The notes under the pieces were generated by a model. It worked only from the letters and a program-made list of their open reading frames with translations, searched no databases and was not told the DNA's origin. Positions 29,512-39,279 of a DNA stretch of 64,000 nucleotides are shown here, in pieces. The first letter of the stretch is position 1. Each line of letters starts with the position of its first letter. A program made the position numbers and the translations under genes. The stretch spans positions 1,760,001-1,824,000 of the forward strand of contig OY764159.1 in assembly GCA_963668175.1 (NCBI GenBank). Reading direction: 5' to 3'. Origin of the DNA: Syntrophales bacterium (GTDB lineage Bacteria; Desulfobacterota; Syntrophia; Syntrophales; PHBD01).

Positions 29512-30111
29512 ATGATCGAAAAACAGATTGCCGACAGCATGCGAAAGATCCGTAATTCCAAGGGAATGACGCTGAAACAGCTGGGCGAGAAAATCGGCAT
29601 TTCTCCCGGCATGCTTTCTCGCCTGGAAAACAATCAGTCGTCGCCTCCCATTGCGACGCTGGCGAAGATCGCCCAGGGACTGGACGTTCCCATCAGCGTT
29701 TTTTTCGAGGGCAACGGTGACGACACGGATCTCAAATATATCGTGACACGCAGCGACCGGCGCCGCCAGGTGATACGCCGCGGCAGCGATATCGGATTCA
29801 TTTATTACGCCTTCAACACCGCCAGGGACCTTCACCTCATTGAAGCCTTCGTGATGGAGCATCCCCCGCTCCGAAAGAAAATGAAAGTTCTGTTCGATCA
29901 CCCGGGGGAGGAGCTTATTCTGGTATTAAAGGGTACCATAGAACTGGTCTACGGCTATGAGACGATACGCCTGGAGGAGGGCGATGCCATCCACTTCGAT
30001 CCCTCGGTTCCCCATCGCGCCCAGAACGTGGGTAAGGAGAAGTCGGAATGCCTGGTGGTCATTGCCGGTCAAAAGGGCTATTTCAAACGCAACAACGCAA
30101 CATCCGCATAA
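29512..30111 (+). CDS. XRE-family HTH regulator with C-terminal cupin domain
   Basis: HTH TLKQLGEKIGIS...LSRLENN; cupin motifs HPGEE and GDAIHFD...PH. Confidence 0.92.
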   Translation: MIEKQIADSMRKIRNSKGMTLKQLGEKIGISPGMLSRLENNQSSPPIATLAKIAQGLDVPISVFFEGNGDDTDLKYIVTRSDRRRQVIRRGSDIGFIYYAFNTARDLHLIEAFVMEHPPLRKKMKVLFDHPGEELILVLKGTIELVYGYETIRLEEGDAIHFDPSVPHRAQNVGKEKSECLVVIAGQKGYFKRNNATSA

Positions 30112-30363
30112 CGTTATTTTCCCTGCCCGTCTCCCTCCGGAATGTCTTCCGGAGCTTTGTTGCTCTATGCGCGGCGACGCGATCCTTTCCGGTTGGCCCG
30201 AAAGCGGGGCATTGCCTCCTGCAGTTGGTTGATATCGGGGGTAGGTCCATGCCGGACGTGTGCCCGATCAGTGCCTCATCCCTCTAAATAGCCTCTTCAC
30301 AGTGAAGGCGGAATGTCAAACCTGAAAGGTGTCGGTCTTGTTTTTGATGCCGACAAAATAAAC

Positions 30364-30392
30364 TTGACATCGGTAAAAATGTTTACTATTAT
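30364..30392 (+). promoter_or_regulatory. sigma70-type promoter upstream of the acoR-like gene
   Basis: TTGACA-17 bp-TATTAT. Confidence 0.7.
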
Positions 30393-30598
30393 GCAACTAA
30401 ATACGTACAACGAAACATTTCAACCTGCCTGCAACAGCCGCTCCGCTCTTGACGCCAGATAACCCAGCCTTCGTCGGCTGGTCACAACGCAGCGCATGAA
30501 CTCCCGGCATTCCGGAAGCATAACCGGAATGCGACGAAGAACAGCGCGGCGAATAAACATCTTCATTCGTTTGTTTACTGAATAGTCGGAGGTGAACC

Positions 30599-32566
30599 AT
30601 GGTACGCGAACTTGCCACGAGTATGCCCGATGACTTTGCCGGATTCAACAGATCGGAAGCGAATACCTTTAGACCTTCCACCCTGAGACCCATTATCATG
30701 GATTCCTGGAGAAGGTCGAGGGAGTATGGGGTCTATCGGGAGGAGTGCGTCAGCAGCGTCGTTCTGACTGCCGGGGAATTGGAACTCCTGCTGCGTAAAA
30801 ATTCCGAACTTATAGACGCCGCGATGCCTTTCATACACAATCTATACAGGCTTGTCGCCAGTTCGGGATTTGTGGTTATTCTTGTCGACAGGGAAGGATA
30901 CATTCTGGAGGTTGTCGGAGCCGTCGATCGGCTGGGTATCGCCGAGAATATCCATTATGTCAAAGGAATGAAATGGACCGAGGAACTTGTCGGCACGACC
31001 GCGATCGGACTTGCCCTTCGGGAGCGCCAGCCCATTCAAGTGGCGGGGGATGAGCACTATTGCTGCAGCTTCAGGAACTGGGCTTGCTCGGCGGCTCCGA
31101 TAGTCGATGAAAACAACGATCTTCTCGGCGTGTTGAGCGTCACAGGTTTGAAAAAGTATGTCCACTGCCACACCCTGGGCATGGCGGTGTCGGCGGCCAC
31201 CGCGATGACCAACATCCTGCGGGAAAGAAAAATCCAGAAAAAATTGGAGCAATCGGCCCAGATACATTCCACCATCGTTCATTCCATTTCCGACGGTCTT
31301 CTCATGCTGGACAAGAACGGTATCGTTACCTTCATCAACCCCACCGGGGCGCGAATACTGGGTGTGAAAAGGGATGAAGCCACGGGCAGACATATTTCAT
31401 CGATTGTCGATTTCAAACCCGTCGTGCTCCAGGTATTGGAGAGGGGCCAGGGGTATGCCGACAGGGAATTCTTTATCGAAACCAGGAAAGGCGTCGTGCA
31501 TTTCATCAAGACGGCCATTCCGATCAGGGACAAGGACGGCAACCTGGACGGGGTCATCGATATCTTCCGGGAGATCAAGAAGGTGCGCCAGTTGGTCAAT
31601 CGGATGGTGGGGTCGTCCGCTAAATTCTCTTTCGACGATATCCTGGGTTCGAGCGCGGCCGTCAAGGAAGTCGTTCGCATGGGGAAAATCGCCGCCAACA
31701 GCTTCGCCAATTTGCTGATCCAGGGGGAAAGCGGCACCGGCAAGGAGATGATTGCCCAGGCCGTCCATAATGCAAGCGCGCGGGCGGAAGGGCCGTTCAT
31801 CGCGATCAATTGCGGAGCTATCCCGCGGGATCTCGTCGAAAGCGAATTGTTCGGCTACGAGGAAGGGGCGTTTACCGGGGCGAGGCATAACGGCCGGCCG
31901 GGAAAATTTGAATTGGCCCACGGAGGAACCATATTCCTGGACGAAATAGGCGAGACGCCCGTGGACATCCAGGTAAAACTCCTGAGGGTGCTTCAGGATA
32001 AACGGATCCTGCGCGTCGGGGGGCAAAGGTATATCGATGTCGATGTGCGTGTTATCGCCGCGACGAATCTCGATTTGCATAAGGAAGTCAAAGAGGGGAA
32101 TTTCCGGAGCGATCTCTATTATCGTTTGAATGTGCTTCAGTTGATCGTGCCTCCCTTGCGAGAACGCGAGGGGGACATCGTCCAGTTGGCGGAATTTTTC
32201 TTTCGGAAAATGTGCGACCAGTTCCATGTGCCTTATAAGCGGGTTGCCAGGGAGGTATGGTCGGCGCTGGAAAAATACTCCTGGCCCGGCAATGTCCGGG
32301 AACTGGAAAACTGCATCGAAAGGGCGGTCAGCGTTTCGGAGGGCGACGAGATCCTCCCTACGCATCTCGCTCACAGCGTCTGGAACAGCGAAGACGAACC
32401 CGGCTCCGCCTCTTCATCGCTCAAGGCCATGGAGAAAACGACCATTATGAATGCAATCCGGAAAACAAAAGGCAATATAAGCCGGGCTTCCAAATTGCTG
32501 GGCATAGGGCGCAACACCCTGTACGACAAGATGCGCGAATATGCGATCAGGCCGTCGAGGGCATAA
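30599..32566 (+). CDS. acoR: sigma54-dependent activator, GAF-PAS-AAA+-HTH (AcoR-like)
   Basis: GAF (SWRRS, GTTAIG...CSAAPI), [22 protein letters not shown] and Fis-type HTH. Confidence 0.85.
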   Translation: MVRELATSMPDDFAGFNRSEANTFRPSTLRPIIMDSWRRSREYGVYREECVSSVVLTAGELELLLRKNSELIDAAMPFIHNLYRLVASSGFVVILVDREGYILEVVGAVDRLGIAENIHYVKGMKWTEELVGTTAIGLALRERQPIQVAGDEHYCCSFRNWACSAAPIVDENNDLLGVLSVTGLKKYVHCHTLGMAVSAATAMTNILRERKIQKKLEQSAQIHSTIVHSISDGLLMLDKNGIVTFINPTGARILGVKRDEATGRHISSIVDFKPVVLQVLERGQGYADREFFIETRKGVVHFIKTAIPIRDKDGNLDGVIDIFREIKKVRQLVNRMVGSSAKFSFDDILGSSAAVKEVVRMGKIAANSFANLLIQGESGTGKEMIAQAVHNASARAEGPFIAINCGAIPRDLVESELFGYEEGAFTGARHNGRPGKFELAHGGTIFLDEIGETPVDIQVKLLRVLQDKRILRVGGQRYIDVDVRVIAATNLDLHKEVKEGNFRSDLYYRLNVLQLIVPPLREREGDIVQLAEFFFRKMCDQFHVPYKRVAREVWSALEKYSWPGNVRELENCIERAVSVSEGDEILPTHLAHSVWNSEDEPGSASSSLKAMEKTTIMNAIRKTKGNISRASKLLGIGRNTLYDKMREYAIRPSRA

Positions 32567-32671
32567 ACATCGACCGAGCAATTTCATAATCGTAAGTTAC
32601 GTCACATTTATAAAGTGCACCGGTCCATCTCTTGGACGAGAACTCACGCCGTCATTATCCCTTCGCTGACC

Positions 32672-32820
32672 TGTGGTCGTCTTTTGTCGTTAAATGCATT
32701 TATATTACAGGATTTTCAAATAGCGCACATTACGCTTAATCGGCAGGTTGCCGGTTCGATCCCGACAGGGCTTACGAGAAAATCGAAAGGCGTTTCGGAG
32801 CGTTGGTGGAATGCCTTTTC
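32672..32820 (+). repeat. att-like site 3 (degenerate tRNA-Lys 3' half at 32732-32777)
   Basis: Core matches site 1 at 39/46 nt by manual count. Same arm at identical spacing; different downstream hairpin (GAAAGGCGTTTC...GAATGCCTTTTC). Confidence 0.85.
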
Positions 32821-33208
32821 TGATTTTATGGCAATCCAACCACGGGTTAGGGTGATTATAGAATAAATACGCAGGATGGGATTAATTGCGTGCTGTTGAA
32901 TAGACGGATGACTTTTTGCGGCGACAACGCCATAGACGACAGTTTATGGCAGTCAATGCGCCGGCAACGGCCCGTCAAGGGAAAGGTCAGGGATATCCCG
33001 GCCGTTTGGACCCCAACGAGGCAAAAGGCGAGTATAAAACATACTTCATGTCCCCGTGTCCTGCGACGTTCGGGCCACATCTGCCGGAGAGGAAACGATG
33101 CCTGCAGCCGACATTGAGAGGGGAGGGGTCGTTATCGTTTTGATAGGCGTATGTGTTTTCCCGTCCCGGCCGGTCCGGGGCGGACAAGATGGTTTATACA
33201 AAGGCGAT

Positions 33209-33236
33209 GCCCTGTTTCCTCGGAGACAGGGCATGG
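33209..33236 (-). terminator. Hairpin downstream of the FmdB-like gene
   Basis: ATGCCCTGT ... ACAGGGCAT inverted repeat. Confidence 0.45.
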
Positions 33237-33250
33237 ATGGGGTATAGGTT

Positions 33251-33269
33251 GAGCTGCGGACCGCAGCCC
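33251..33269 (-). promoter_or_regulatory. Putative bacterial SECIS element
   Basis: Minus-strand GGGCUGCGGUCCGCAGCUC hairpin begins 10 nt after an in-frame UGA, with a G-first GGUC-containing apical loop. Confidence 0.7.
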
Positions 33270-33273
33270 TGAT

Positions 33274-33486
33274 TTATGCTCAGGAGAAAGGTCCCGACGA
33301 TGCGCATGAAGCGAGTCCTTCGCTCTTGCTTCCCGAACAGCCTGAAGATGAGAATGCGGATAGCTGGATTTCAGTTTCTCGATGACCGCAATCCGGGCAG
33401 GTCACATGGTTTTTATCGTCGCTCCTCATGCAGAGATATTCGAACACTTTTCCGCATTTCTTGCATTTAAATTCGTGTATCGGCAC
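33274..33486 (-). CDS. FmdB-family zinc-ribbon protein, probable penultimate selenocysteine (33280-33486 if UGA is a stop)
   Basis: MPIHEFKCKKC...CPDC; Ser/Gly-rich tail ending CASSGPFS-TGA-GCA-TAA; AGGGAG RBS before the GTG start. Confidence 0.85.
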
Positions 33487-33545
33487 GACTTCACTCCCTT
33501 CGCTCCTGAAAAATCTTTTTCACACCCGTCTCTTTCTTATAACGA

Positions 33546-33574
33546 AATATAGTTACGGGTGTCGATGGTGTCAA
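33546..33574 (-). promoter_or_regulatory. sigma70-type promoter of the FmdB-like gene
   Basis: Minus strand TTGACA-17 bp-TATATT. Confidence 0.65.
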
Positions 33575-33998
33575 GAGAGGGGCATGTGCTCCTTTTTCCT
33601 GAAGATGGCAATCGACGGTCTTCTTTCCCGCTCCGGCAGGTCCGCTGAAGACCGGAAGCCGACAGAGGCTTTTTCGCCGCGTCATTCGCTCAATAACGGC
33701 GGCGCTTGCGGCGGGAAGAAGGCCGGCGATTCGATGGAGTCTGATAATGTTATGTTGGTTTTTACTGCGATGGCGCCGGGATCGCAGTTTTTAATCGCGG
33801 CATGATGCTGTTCATGAACGATAATGGAGGCGTGAAACATATCCGGCCGTGCCGCGTAAAGCGGTCAGAATGCAGGGAAGGCAAGGGCGGGGAGCCGTCG
33901 CAGGAGACGCACGAAATACTCATAATGTCGAAATGCTTGAGGGGATAGCCGCTATGGAGCGCACCGCGGTTCTACGCGCCTTTGCCGGGAATATTTTC

Positions 33999-34814
33999 TC
34001 AGCCGTAAAGCTCCGGACGCCTGTCGTCGAAGTACGTGACGATTTTCCGCCATTTATCCTGCCTGGCGGGATTAATCTCCGCCGCGGCGAAGCCTTCTTC
34101 CCCGTCCATGGCGGCCAGGACCTTGCCCGAAAAATCGACGATCTTGCTGTGCCCGTAGTAACCCCCGCCCGTCTGGTTGCTCGCCATCACGAAGACCTGG
34201 TTTTCGATCGCCCGCGCCGGGAGAAGCTTGTCCCACACGCCTCCCGCCGAAGCCGGCCACGCCGAGGCGTTGAGGACGATGCGGGCGCCCCGGAGGGCCA
34301 GGGTCCTGAAGACTTCCGGGAAATTCAGGTCGTAGCAGATGGTCGGTCCCACGGTGAACGGCCCCATATCCCAGACGGCCAGTTCGTTGCCCGGGGCGAC
34401 ATAGTCTTCCTCTCTCGCGTCCTTTTCGTGGTAAAGGTGGGTCTTACGGTAGGCGTGCACCGCGCCCGAAGGCGTGAAAAGGAGGAGCGCGTTGGCGATC
34501 TTGTCTTCAGCCGTCTTGAAGAAGGAGCCGCAGCCGATGTAGATGCCTCTTCCCGCGAGGCCTTTCATGGCCTCGACCCACCGCGAGGAAGGGCTGTTGG
34601 CCATGCCCGATGCCAGCCGCAGAGCCTCTTCGACGGTCCTGGTGCGGTCCAGGACGATATAGCCGAGGTCCGCCCCTTCCGGAAAGAGGATGAACTGCAC
34701 ACCTTCCGCCTGTGCTTTTTCCGCCAACGTCAGGATCTTTTCCTCGTTCTCTTCCTTCCGGAAACAGCCTGATACGAACTGGGCCACCGCCGCCTTGAAT
34801 ACGCCGTCTTTCAT
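33999..34814 (-). CDS. Carbon-nitrogen hydrolase (nitrilase/amidase superfamily)
   Basis: Glu-Lys-Cys triad motifs LFPE, YRKTHL, ICYDLNFPE; also ARAIENQ. Start ATG 34814. Confidence 0.92.
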   Translation of the reverse strand: MKDGVFKAAVAQFVSGCFRKEENEEKILTLAEKAQAEGVQFILFPEGADLGYIVLDRTRTVEEALRLASGMANSPSSRWVEAMKGLAGRGIYIGCGSFFKTAEDKIANALLLFTPSGAVHAYRKTHLYHEKDAREEDYVAPGNELAVWDMGPFTVGPTICYDLNFPEVFRTLALRGARIVLNASAWPASAGGVWDKLLPARAIENQVFVMASNQTGGGYYGHSKIVDFSGKVLAAMDGEEGFAAAEINPARQDKWRKIVTYFDDRRPELYG

Positions 34815-34830
34815 GCTAACCCTTTCTTTC

Positions 34831-35526
34831 TCATGCCGGCTCCCCCCGGTCGAAGGCAAGCCGCACCTTTTGCAGGTGGCGTTGCAGGAGCCTGCCCGCT
34901 TCCTCGGGGTCCCGTTTCTTAAGCGCCTTCAGGATCTTTTTGTAATCCTCGATAAAAGGCGAAATGCTGCCCTGTTTTTCGAGCGCCAGGAAGGCCGTTC
35001 TCCTGACGTGATCGTTAAAGCCCCTGATGACGCCCGCCATCATGTCGTTCCCGCACCGTTCGAGGAACATGTTGTGGAACTGCATGGAATAGTCCACATA
35101 CGACCTCACGTCGTTCTTCCGGAAGGCCTCTTCGAGCTTCTCCAGAAGTTCCTCGCCGGCTTTCACGTCGCCGGGCGTGATGTGGGCCGCCGTTTTCCTG
35201 ATGGCCGCCACTTCCAGGAGTTCCCGGAGTTCCGCCAGTTCCGCCACCATCTTTTCGTCGACTGCGGTCACGCTGGGCCCCTTGAACGGGATGTTGACGA
35301 CGAAGCCCTCCTGGACGAGGCGGTTCATGGCCTCCCTGACGGGCGTTGTGCTGATGCCCAGCTCGCCGGTTATTCTGGCGAGGTTCAGCCTCTCCCCCGG
35401 CGCGAACTTCAGCGAAATAATGGCCTCCTTGAGGATGTCGTAGGCGTTTTCGCTCAGCCTGACGTCCTCGATTTTTTTGAGCCTGCCTTCTCCCTTGTCC
35501 GTCTGTTTCCGCACGGTGTCCGTCAT
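34831..35526 (-). CDS. GntR (FadR/FCD) transcriptional regulator
   Basis: wHTH PGERL...ELGISTTPVREA; FCD motifs RELLE and FHN. Confidence 0.93.
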   Translation of the reverse strand: MTDTVRKQTDKGEGRLKKIEDVRLSENAYDILKEAIISLKFAPGERLNLARITGELGISTTPVREAMNRLVQEGFVVNIPFKGPSVTAVDEKMVAELAELRELLEVAAIRKTAAHITPGDVKAGEELLEKLEEAFRKNDVRSYVDYSMQFHNMFLERCGNDMMAGVIRGFNDHVRRTAFLALEKQGSISPFIEDYKKILKALKKRDPEEAGRLLQRHLQKVRLAFDRGEPA

Positions 35527-35548
35527 CGCGCCGCTCCTTGGGGTCTTA

Positions 35549-36742
35549 TTAGGAGGCTTTTGCCGGTTTCCCGAACGAGATGGCGGGGCAGATACAGGTG
35601 CATACGCCGCACCCCCGGCAGTCTCCCACCGTCACTATATTATCTTTTATCCCGATTGCGCCATAAAAACATGCATCGACGCAGCGGCCGCAGAGCACGC
35701 AAAGGTCCTCGTCGATCTGCGCCCTTTCCTTCTCGAATTTTTCCATTTCGGCGTACGTGAGGGCCTTATCCGCCGCCAGGCCGACGATCTCCGCGGCCGT
35801 CGCATAACCGAGCCTGTCCAGGAGATCGTTCGTTTCCTTCACCGTCTTCCCGTACCAGCCGTACCCTTCGGCCATGGCGACGGAACAGAGCTGGACCACG
35901 GTGGCTCCCGCCATCATGTACTCCGCGACGTCCCTGCCGTCATAGGCCCCGTTCGATCCGGCGATGGGGATGCCCAGGTTCCGGTAAATCTCGTAAATCC
36001 ACCGGAGCGTCAGGGGTTTGACCCACGGGCCGCCCACGCCCGCCGTCCCGTACAGATGGGGCGCGGCATTCTCCACGTCGACGAGGAAGCCCACGAAGCG
36101 GTTCATGATCGTAACGGCGGCGGCACCGGCGGCCTTTACGCTCCGCGCCATGTCCGTCACGTCCTTTACCTGCGGCGTCAGCTTCACGATGACCGGGATG
36201 GAGACGCTCCGGGCCACGGCGCTCACGACCTCCACGGCCAGGTCCTTGTCCTGGCCGATCAGCATGCCCGTTTTTGTCTCCTCCATCTGGGAGGGGTGTG
36301 GGCACCCCAGGTTCATTTCGAGCATCCGGACCCCCGTGTCCTCGGTCATCCGGGCGAGTTTCACCCACCCCTCTACATCGGTGGACGCGATGCTGCCGAT
36401 GACGACGCACCCTTCGCCGTCCCCGATCTCCCGCGCCTTCCTGATATCTTTCAGCCATTCCTCGGGCTTGTCCTCATGCAGTCCCGTCCGGCCGTAAAGC
36501 GTGAACAGCCGCGGGACGCTGCCGTTGCATACCTTGTGTTCCTCGTCGAAGAACCGCCACCGGGTCTGGAAGCTCAGCTTCCTCATCGCCTCCGAATCGG
36601 TGACCGTCTTGACCACGAGCCCGCCGACGCCGCTTTCAACGACCCTCCGCATGTTCTCCAGATTCGCCGTCGGCTCCGCCGACGCCGCTATGACGGGGTT
36701 TTTGAATTCGACCCCCAGAAAATCGACCTTTAAATGCGCCAC
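35549..36742 (-). CDS. PreA-like dihydropyrimidine/dihydroorotate dehydrogenase family FMN protein with C-terminal 2x[4Fe-4S]
   Basis: Motifs FKNPVIAAS, EMNLGCPH, VKLTP, GGPWVKP, CVLCGRCVDAC, CRGCGVCTCICP. GTG 36742 after GGGAG. Confidence 0.82.
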   Translation of the reverse strand: MAHLKVDFLGVEFKNPVIAASAEPTANLENMRRVVESGVGGLVVKTVTDSEAMRKLSFQTRWRFFDEEHKVCNGSVPRLFTLYGRTGLHEDKPEEWLKDIRKAREIGDGEGCVVIGSIASTDVEGWVKLARMTEDTGVRMLEMNLGCPHPSQMEETKTGMLIGQDKDLAVEVVSAVARSVSIPVIVKLTPQVKDVTDMARSVKAAGAAAVTIMNRFVGFLVDVENAAPHLYGTAGVGGPWVKPLTLRWIYEIYRNLGIPIAGSNGAYDGRDVAEYMMAGATVVQLCSVAMAEGYGWYGKTVKETNDLLDRLGYATAAEIVGLAADKALTYAEMEKFEKERAQIDEDLCVLCGRCVDACFYGAIGIKDNIVTVGDCRGCGVCTCICPAISFGKPAKAS

Positions 36743-36759
36743 AACCAAGCTCCCTTCTG

Positions 36760-37452
36760 TTACACGTACGTGGGAATTTCCACGCGGTATTTGCACCAGA
36801 GCGAATCTCCCGATACCGGATTGAAAAGCTCCACCTCGAAACCCTCTCCGGGCAGCATGGCGCCCCCGATGGCCGAAACTGTGCCGGAAAAGATGATCAT
36901 GTTTTCCATGTCGCCGTCCTTCACCCTGCCTTTTACGAAAGCGAGAAGGTCGTCCACGCCCATGAACGCCGAAAGCGCCGCTTCCTGGTAGAGGATTCTC
37001 CGACCGTCCCGGATGACCCAGCTTCGGAGCACCATCTCGTTCCAGACGGCCGCCACGTCCTCGTAAGGCCATACGACGGCGGACATCACATTGGGGCACA
37101 TCTGCTTCGCCTTGAGGATGCTGGCCGCTTCCAGCGCCCGGTCCGTATGGTCGCTTCCCGCCCCGACGTACATGCGGCCCTCCTCGATCAGCAGCACGAA
37201 TTCGGCTTCCCCGGAATTGTCCTCCTCCACCACTTCGAGGACGCCCCCCGTCTTGATCAGGTAGGACGCGACGGGGTAGAGCGTCGGCACCTCGTCCGGC
37301 GCCGGAATGCCTTTCTCCTTCAGTTCCTCGATATGTCTCCTGACGCCTTCCTGGTCCCTCGCGGTGTAGCCCGCGTTGACCATCCGCCGGACCGGGAATG
37401 CGATGTCCCTGAGCCCGCTTGCGCTCTTCACTTTTAAATTCAATACGTGCAT
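36760..37452 (-). CDS. DUF2848-family protein
   Basis: Motifs NAGYTARD...HIEEL...PDEVPTLYP, SGEAE, GSDHTDR, AKQMCP. Confidence 0.8.
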   Translation of the reverse strand: MHVLNLKVKSASGLRDIAFPVRRMVNAGYTARDQEGVRRHIEELKEKGIPAPDEVPTLYPVASYLIKTGGVLEVVEEDNSGEAEFVLLIEEGRMYVGAGSDHTDRALEAASILKAKQMCPNVMSAVVWPYEDVAAVWNEMVLRSWVIRDGRRILYQEAALSAFMGVDDLLAFVKGRVKDGDMENMIIFSGTVSAIGGAMLPGEGFEVELFNPVSGDSLWCKYRVEIPTYV

Positions 37453-37498
37453 GGGTTCCCCCGATTCCAGGACTTTCGTCGATGCATGCCTGCGTTTG

Positions 37499-37837
37499 TC
37501 ATTTCTCGTAATTCCGGATCTCGAACGTCATCATCCCGCTCTCGGAATAATACGGTCCGTGGACCATGCCCGGATGACGGTACCCGTAGTACCCCTTCCC
37601 GAAGACGGCGCCGCTCCTCGTATCGACGAAGGAGCCTTCGAGCACGAGGATCTCTTCGTGGAAGTCGTGGGTGAGGACGTCGTTCGTTCCCGTGCCCGGC
37701 TCGTACTTCAGGAGTCTTGTGACGCTGTTCGTTTCCGGGTCGACGTTGAGGACCTTTTCGAAGACGCCGGGGGTGCCGGCGACGGGCTCCCAGGCGATCG
37801 ACGCCGTTTCGTGAATTTCCTGTTCCTTCTTGGCCAT
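37499..37837 (-). CDS. Cupin domain protein (ChrR-like)
   Basis: Motifs THDFHEEILVLEG and RHPGMVHGP; AAGGAG RBS. Confidence 0.85.
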   Translation of the reverse strand: MAKKEQEIHETASIAWEPVAGTPGVFEKVLNVDPETNSVTRLLKYEPGTGTNDVLTHDFHEEILVLEGSFVDTRSGAVFGKGYYGYRHPGMVHGPYYSESGMMTFEIRNYEK

Positions 37838-37882
37838 GGTATGCTCCTTCCCGTTAACGATATAAATGATGCCGACGCTTCT

Positions 37883-38434
37883 TCACGCCCGGTCCCTGAG
37901 TCCGGAGGCCAGGGCGCGGCCCGATTCCAGGGCCTTCAGGTTGATGTCGACGAGCGACGGCGAGAATTTCTGTTTGAGGACCGCCGCCACGGACTCCTGC
38001 GACGATATGCCCGACAGGGCGACGATGCTCCCCAGGGCGACGATGTTGGCCGCCGTTTCCATTCCCAGTCTCCTTGCCTCCTCGGTGAAGGGTATCATGA
38101 AGACCTTCGATTCCGTAGGCGGCACCCTGGTCACGAACATCGAATCGGCAAGGACGAGGCCCGACCTCTTCGTCTTCGGGACGTAGAAATCCGCTATCGG
38201 CTGGGACATGGCGAGGAGCACGTCGGGTTCCGTGACTTTGACTTCGTTCAACTCCTCCGAACTGACCAGCACCTCGGCGCGGCTCATGCCGCCCCGCATG
38301 GATATGCCGTACGCTTCCGTCTGCAGGACATTCTTTCCCTCGATCTCGGCGAGGGTCTGGGCGAGGATGACGCCGGCGATTCCCAGTCCCTGGCCGCCGC
38401 TTCCGCCCAAGAGTATTTCCAAAGTTCCCTTCAT
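37883..38434 (-). CDS. korC: 2-oxoacid:ferredoxin oxidoreductase gamma subunit
   Basis: Motifs GSGGQG, YGISMRGG, ANIVALG. ATG 38434 overlaps the beta-subunit stop. Confidence 0.88.
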   Translation of the reverse strand: MKGTLEILLGGSGGQGLGIAGVILAQTLAEIEGKNVLQTEAYGISMRGGMSRAEVLVSSEELNEVKVTEPDVLLAMSQPIADFYVPKTKRSGLVLADSMFVTRVPPTESKVFMIPFTEEARRLGMETAANIVALGSIVALSGISSQESVAAVLKQKFSPSLVDINLKALESGRALASGLRDRA

Positions 38435-39279
38435 CCTTTCGCCCTTCCTTTCTGCGCCTCGGCGATGATTTTGTCGTATTCCTCCGTGAATTCCGGCAGC
38501 GTCTTTTCCACGAGAATCCCCCGCAGCAGTTTGTCTGCGAGGGCGTCCGCCGGGAGGTCCTTCGCCTTCTTCACGGAAACCGTAACGTCCTTCTGGGCCT
38601 TCCACATCTGCGCCGCAGCGCCCAGGCGGTTCCTCCTGCCGAAGGCCGTGGGGCAGGGCGTCAGGACCTCGATCAGCGAAAAGCCCTTGTGCCTGATGCC
38701 TTTTTCGATGATGTCGATCAGCTCCCTGACGTAATAGACGGCGCCCCTGGCGACGAAGGTCGCCCCGGCCGCCTCCGCGACGCGGCACAGGTCGACGGGC
38801 TTTTCGATATTGCCGTAGGGGGTCGTCGACGTAATGGCGTCCACCGGCGTCGTCGGGCCCACCTGCCCGCCCGTCATGCCGTAGTTGTAGTTGTCGTAGA
38901 CGATGGCGGTGAGGTCGATGTTCCGCCGGCAGGCGTGGAGGAGATGGTTCCCGCCGATGGCGGCGCAGTCCCCGTCGCCCATCGTGACGACGACGTTAAG
39001 CCCCGGGTTCGCCAGCTTGATGCCCGTGGCGCTCGGCAGGGCTCTGCCGTGGGCCGACTGCAGGGCGGTGAACGTCGTGTACCAGTGGGCCACGGGGGCG
39101 CAGCCGATGCCGGCCACGTGGATCACCTTGTCCAGGTCCAGGCCCAGCCGCTCCACGGCCCTAGCCATGGCCATGACGACGGTGCCGTTGCCGCATCCGG
39201 GGCACCACATGGTGGGCATCTGGTGCGTATAAAAATATTTCTCCACGAGGGAGGACGTGGAAGGTTGTTCAGAGCGCAT
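38431..39279 (-). CDS. korB: 2-oxoacid:ferredoxin oxidoreductase beta subunit
   Basis: Motifs WCPGCG, GIGC, HGRA, GDGD...GGNH, YGMTGGQ, PCP. Confidence 0.92.
   Translation of the reverse strand: MRSEQPSTSSLVEKYFYTHQMPTMWCPGCGNGTVVMAMARAVERLGLDLDKVIHVAGIGCAPVAHWYTTFTALQSAHGRALPSATGIKLANPGLNVVVTMGDGDCAAIGGNHLLHACRRNIDLTAIVYDNYNYGMTGGQVGPTTPVDAITSTTPYGNIEKPVDLCRVAEAAGATFVARGAVYYVRELIDIIEKGIRHKGFSLIEVLTPCPTAFGRRNRLGAAAQMWKAQKDVTVSVKKAKDLPADALADKLLRGILVEKTLPEFTEEYDKIIAEAQKGRAKG

Larger units (their letters stand above)
17622..32731. mobile_element. Putative att-delimited cassette B (about 15.1 kb, integrase-free)
   Basis: Lies between att-like sites 2 and 3; contains promoter, operon and its likely activator gene. 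Confidence 0.6.
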
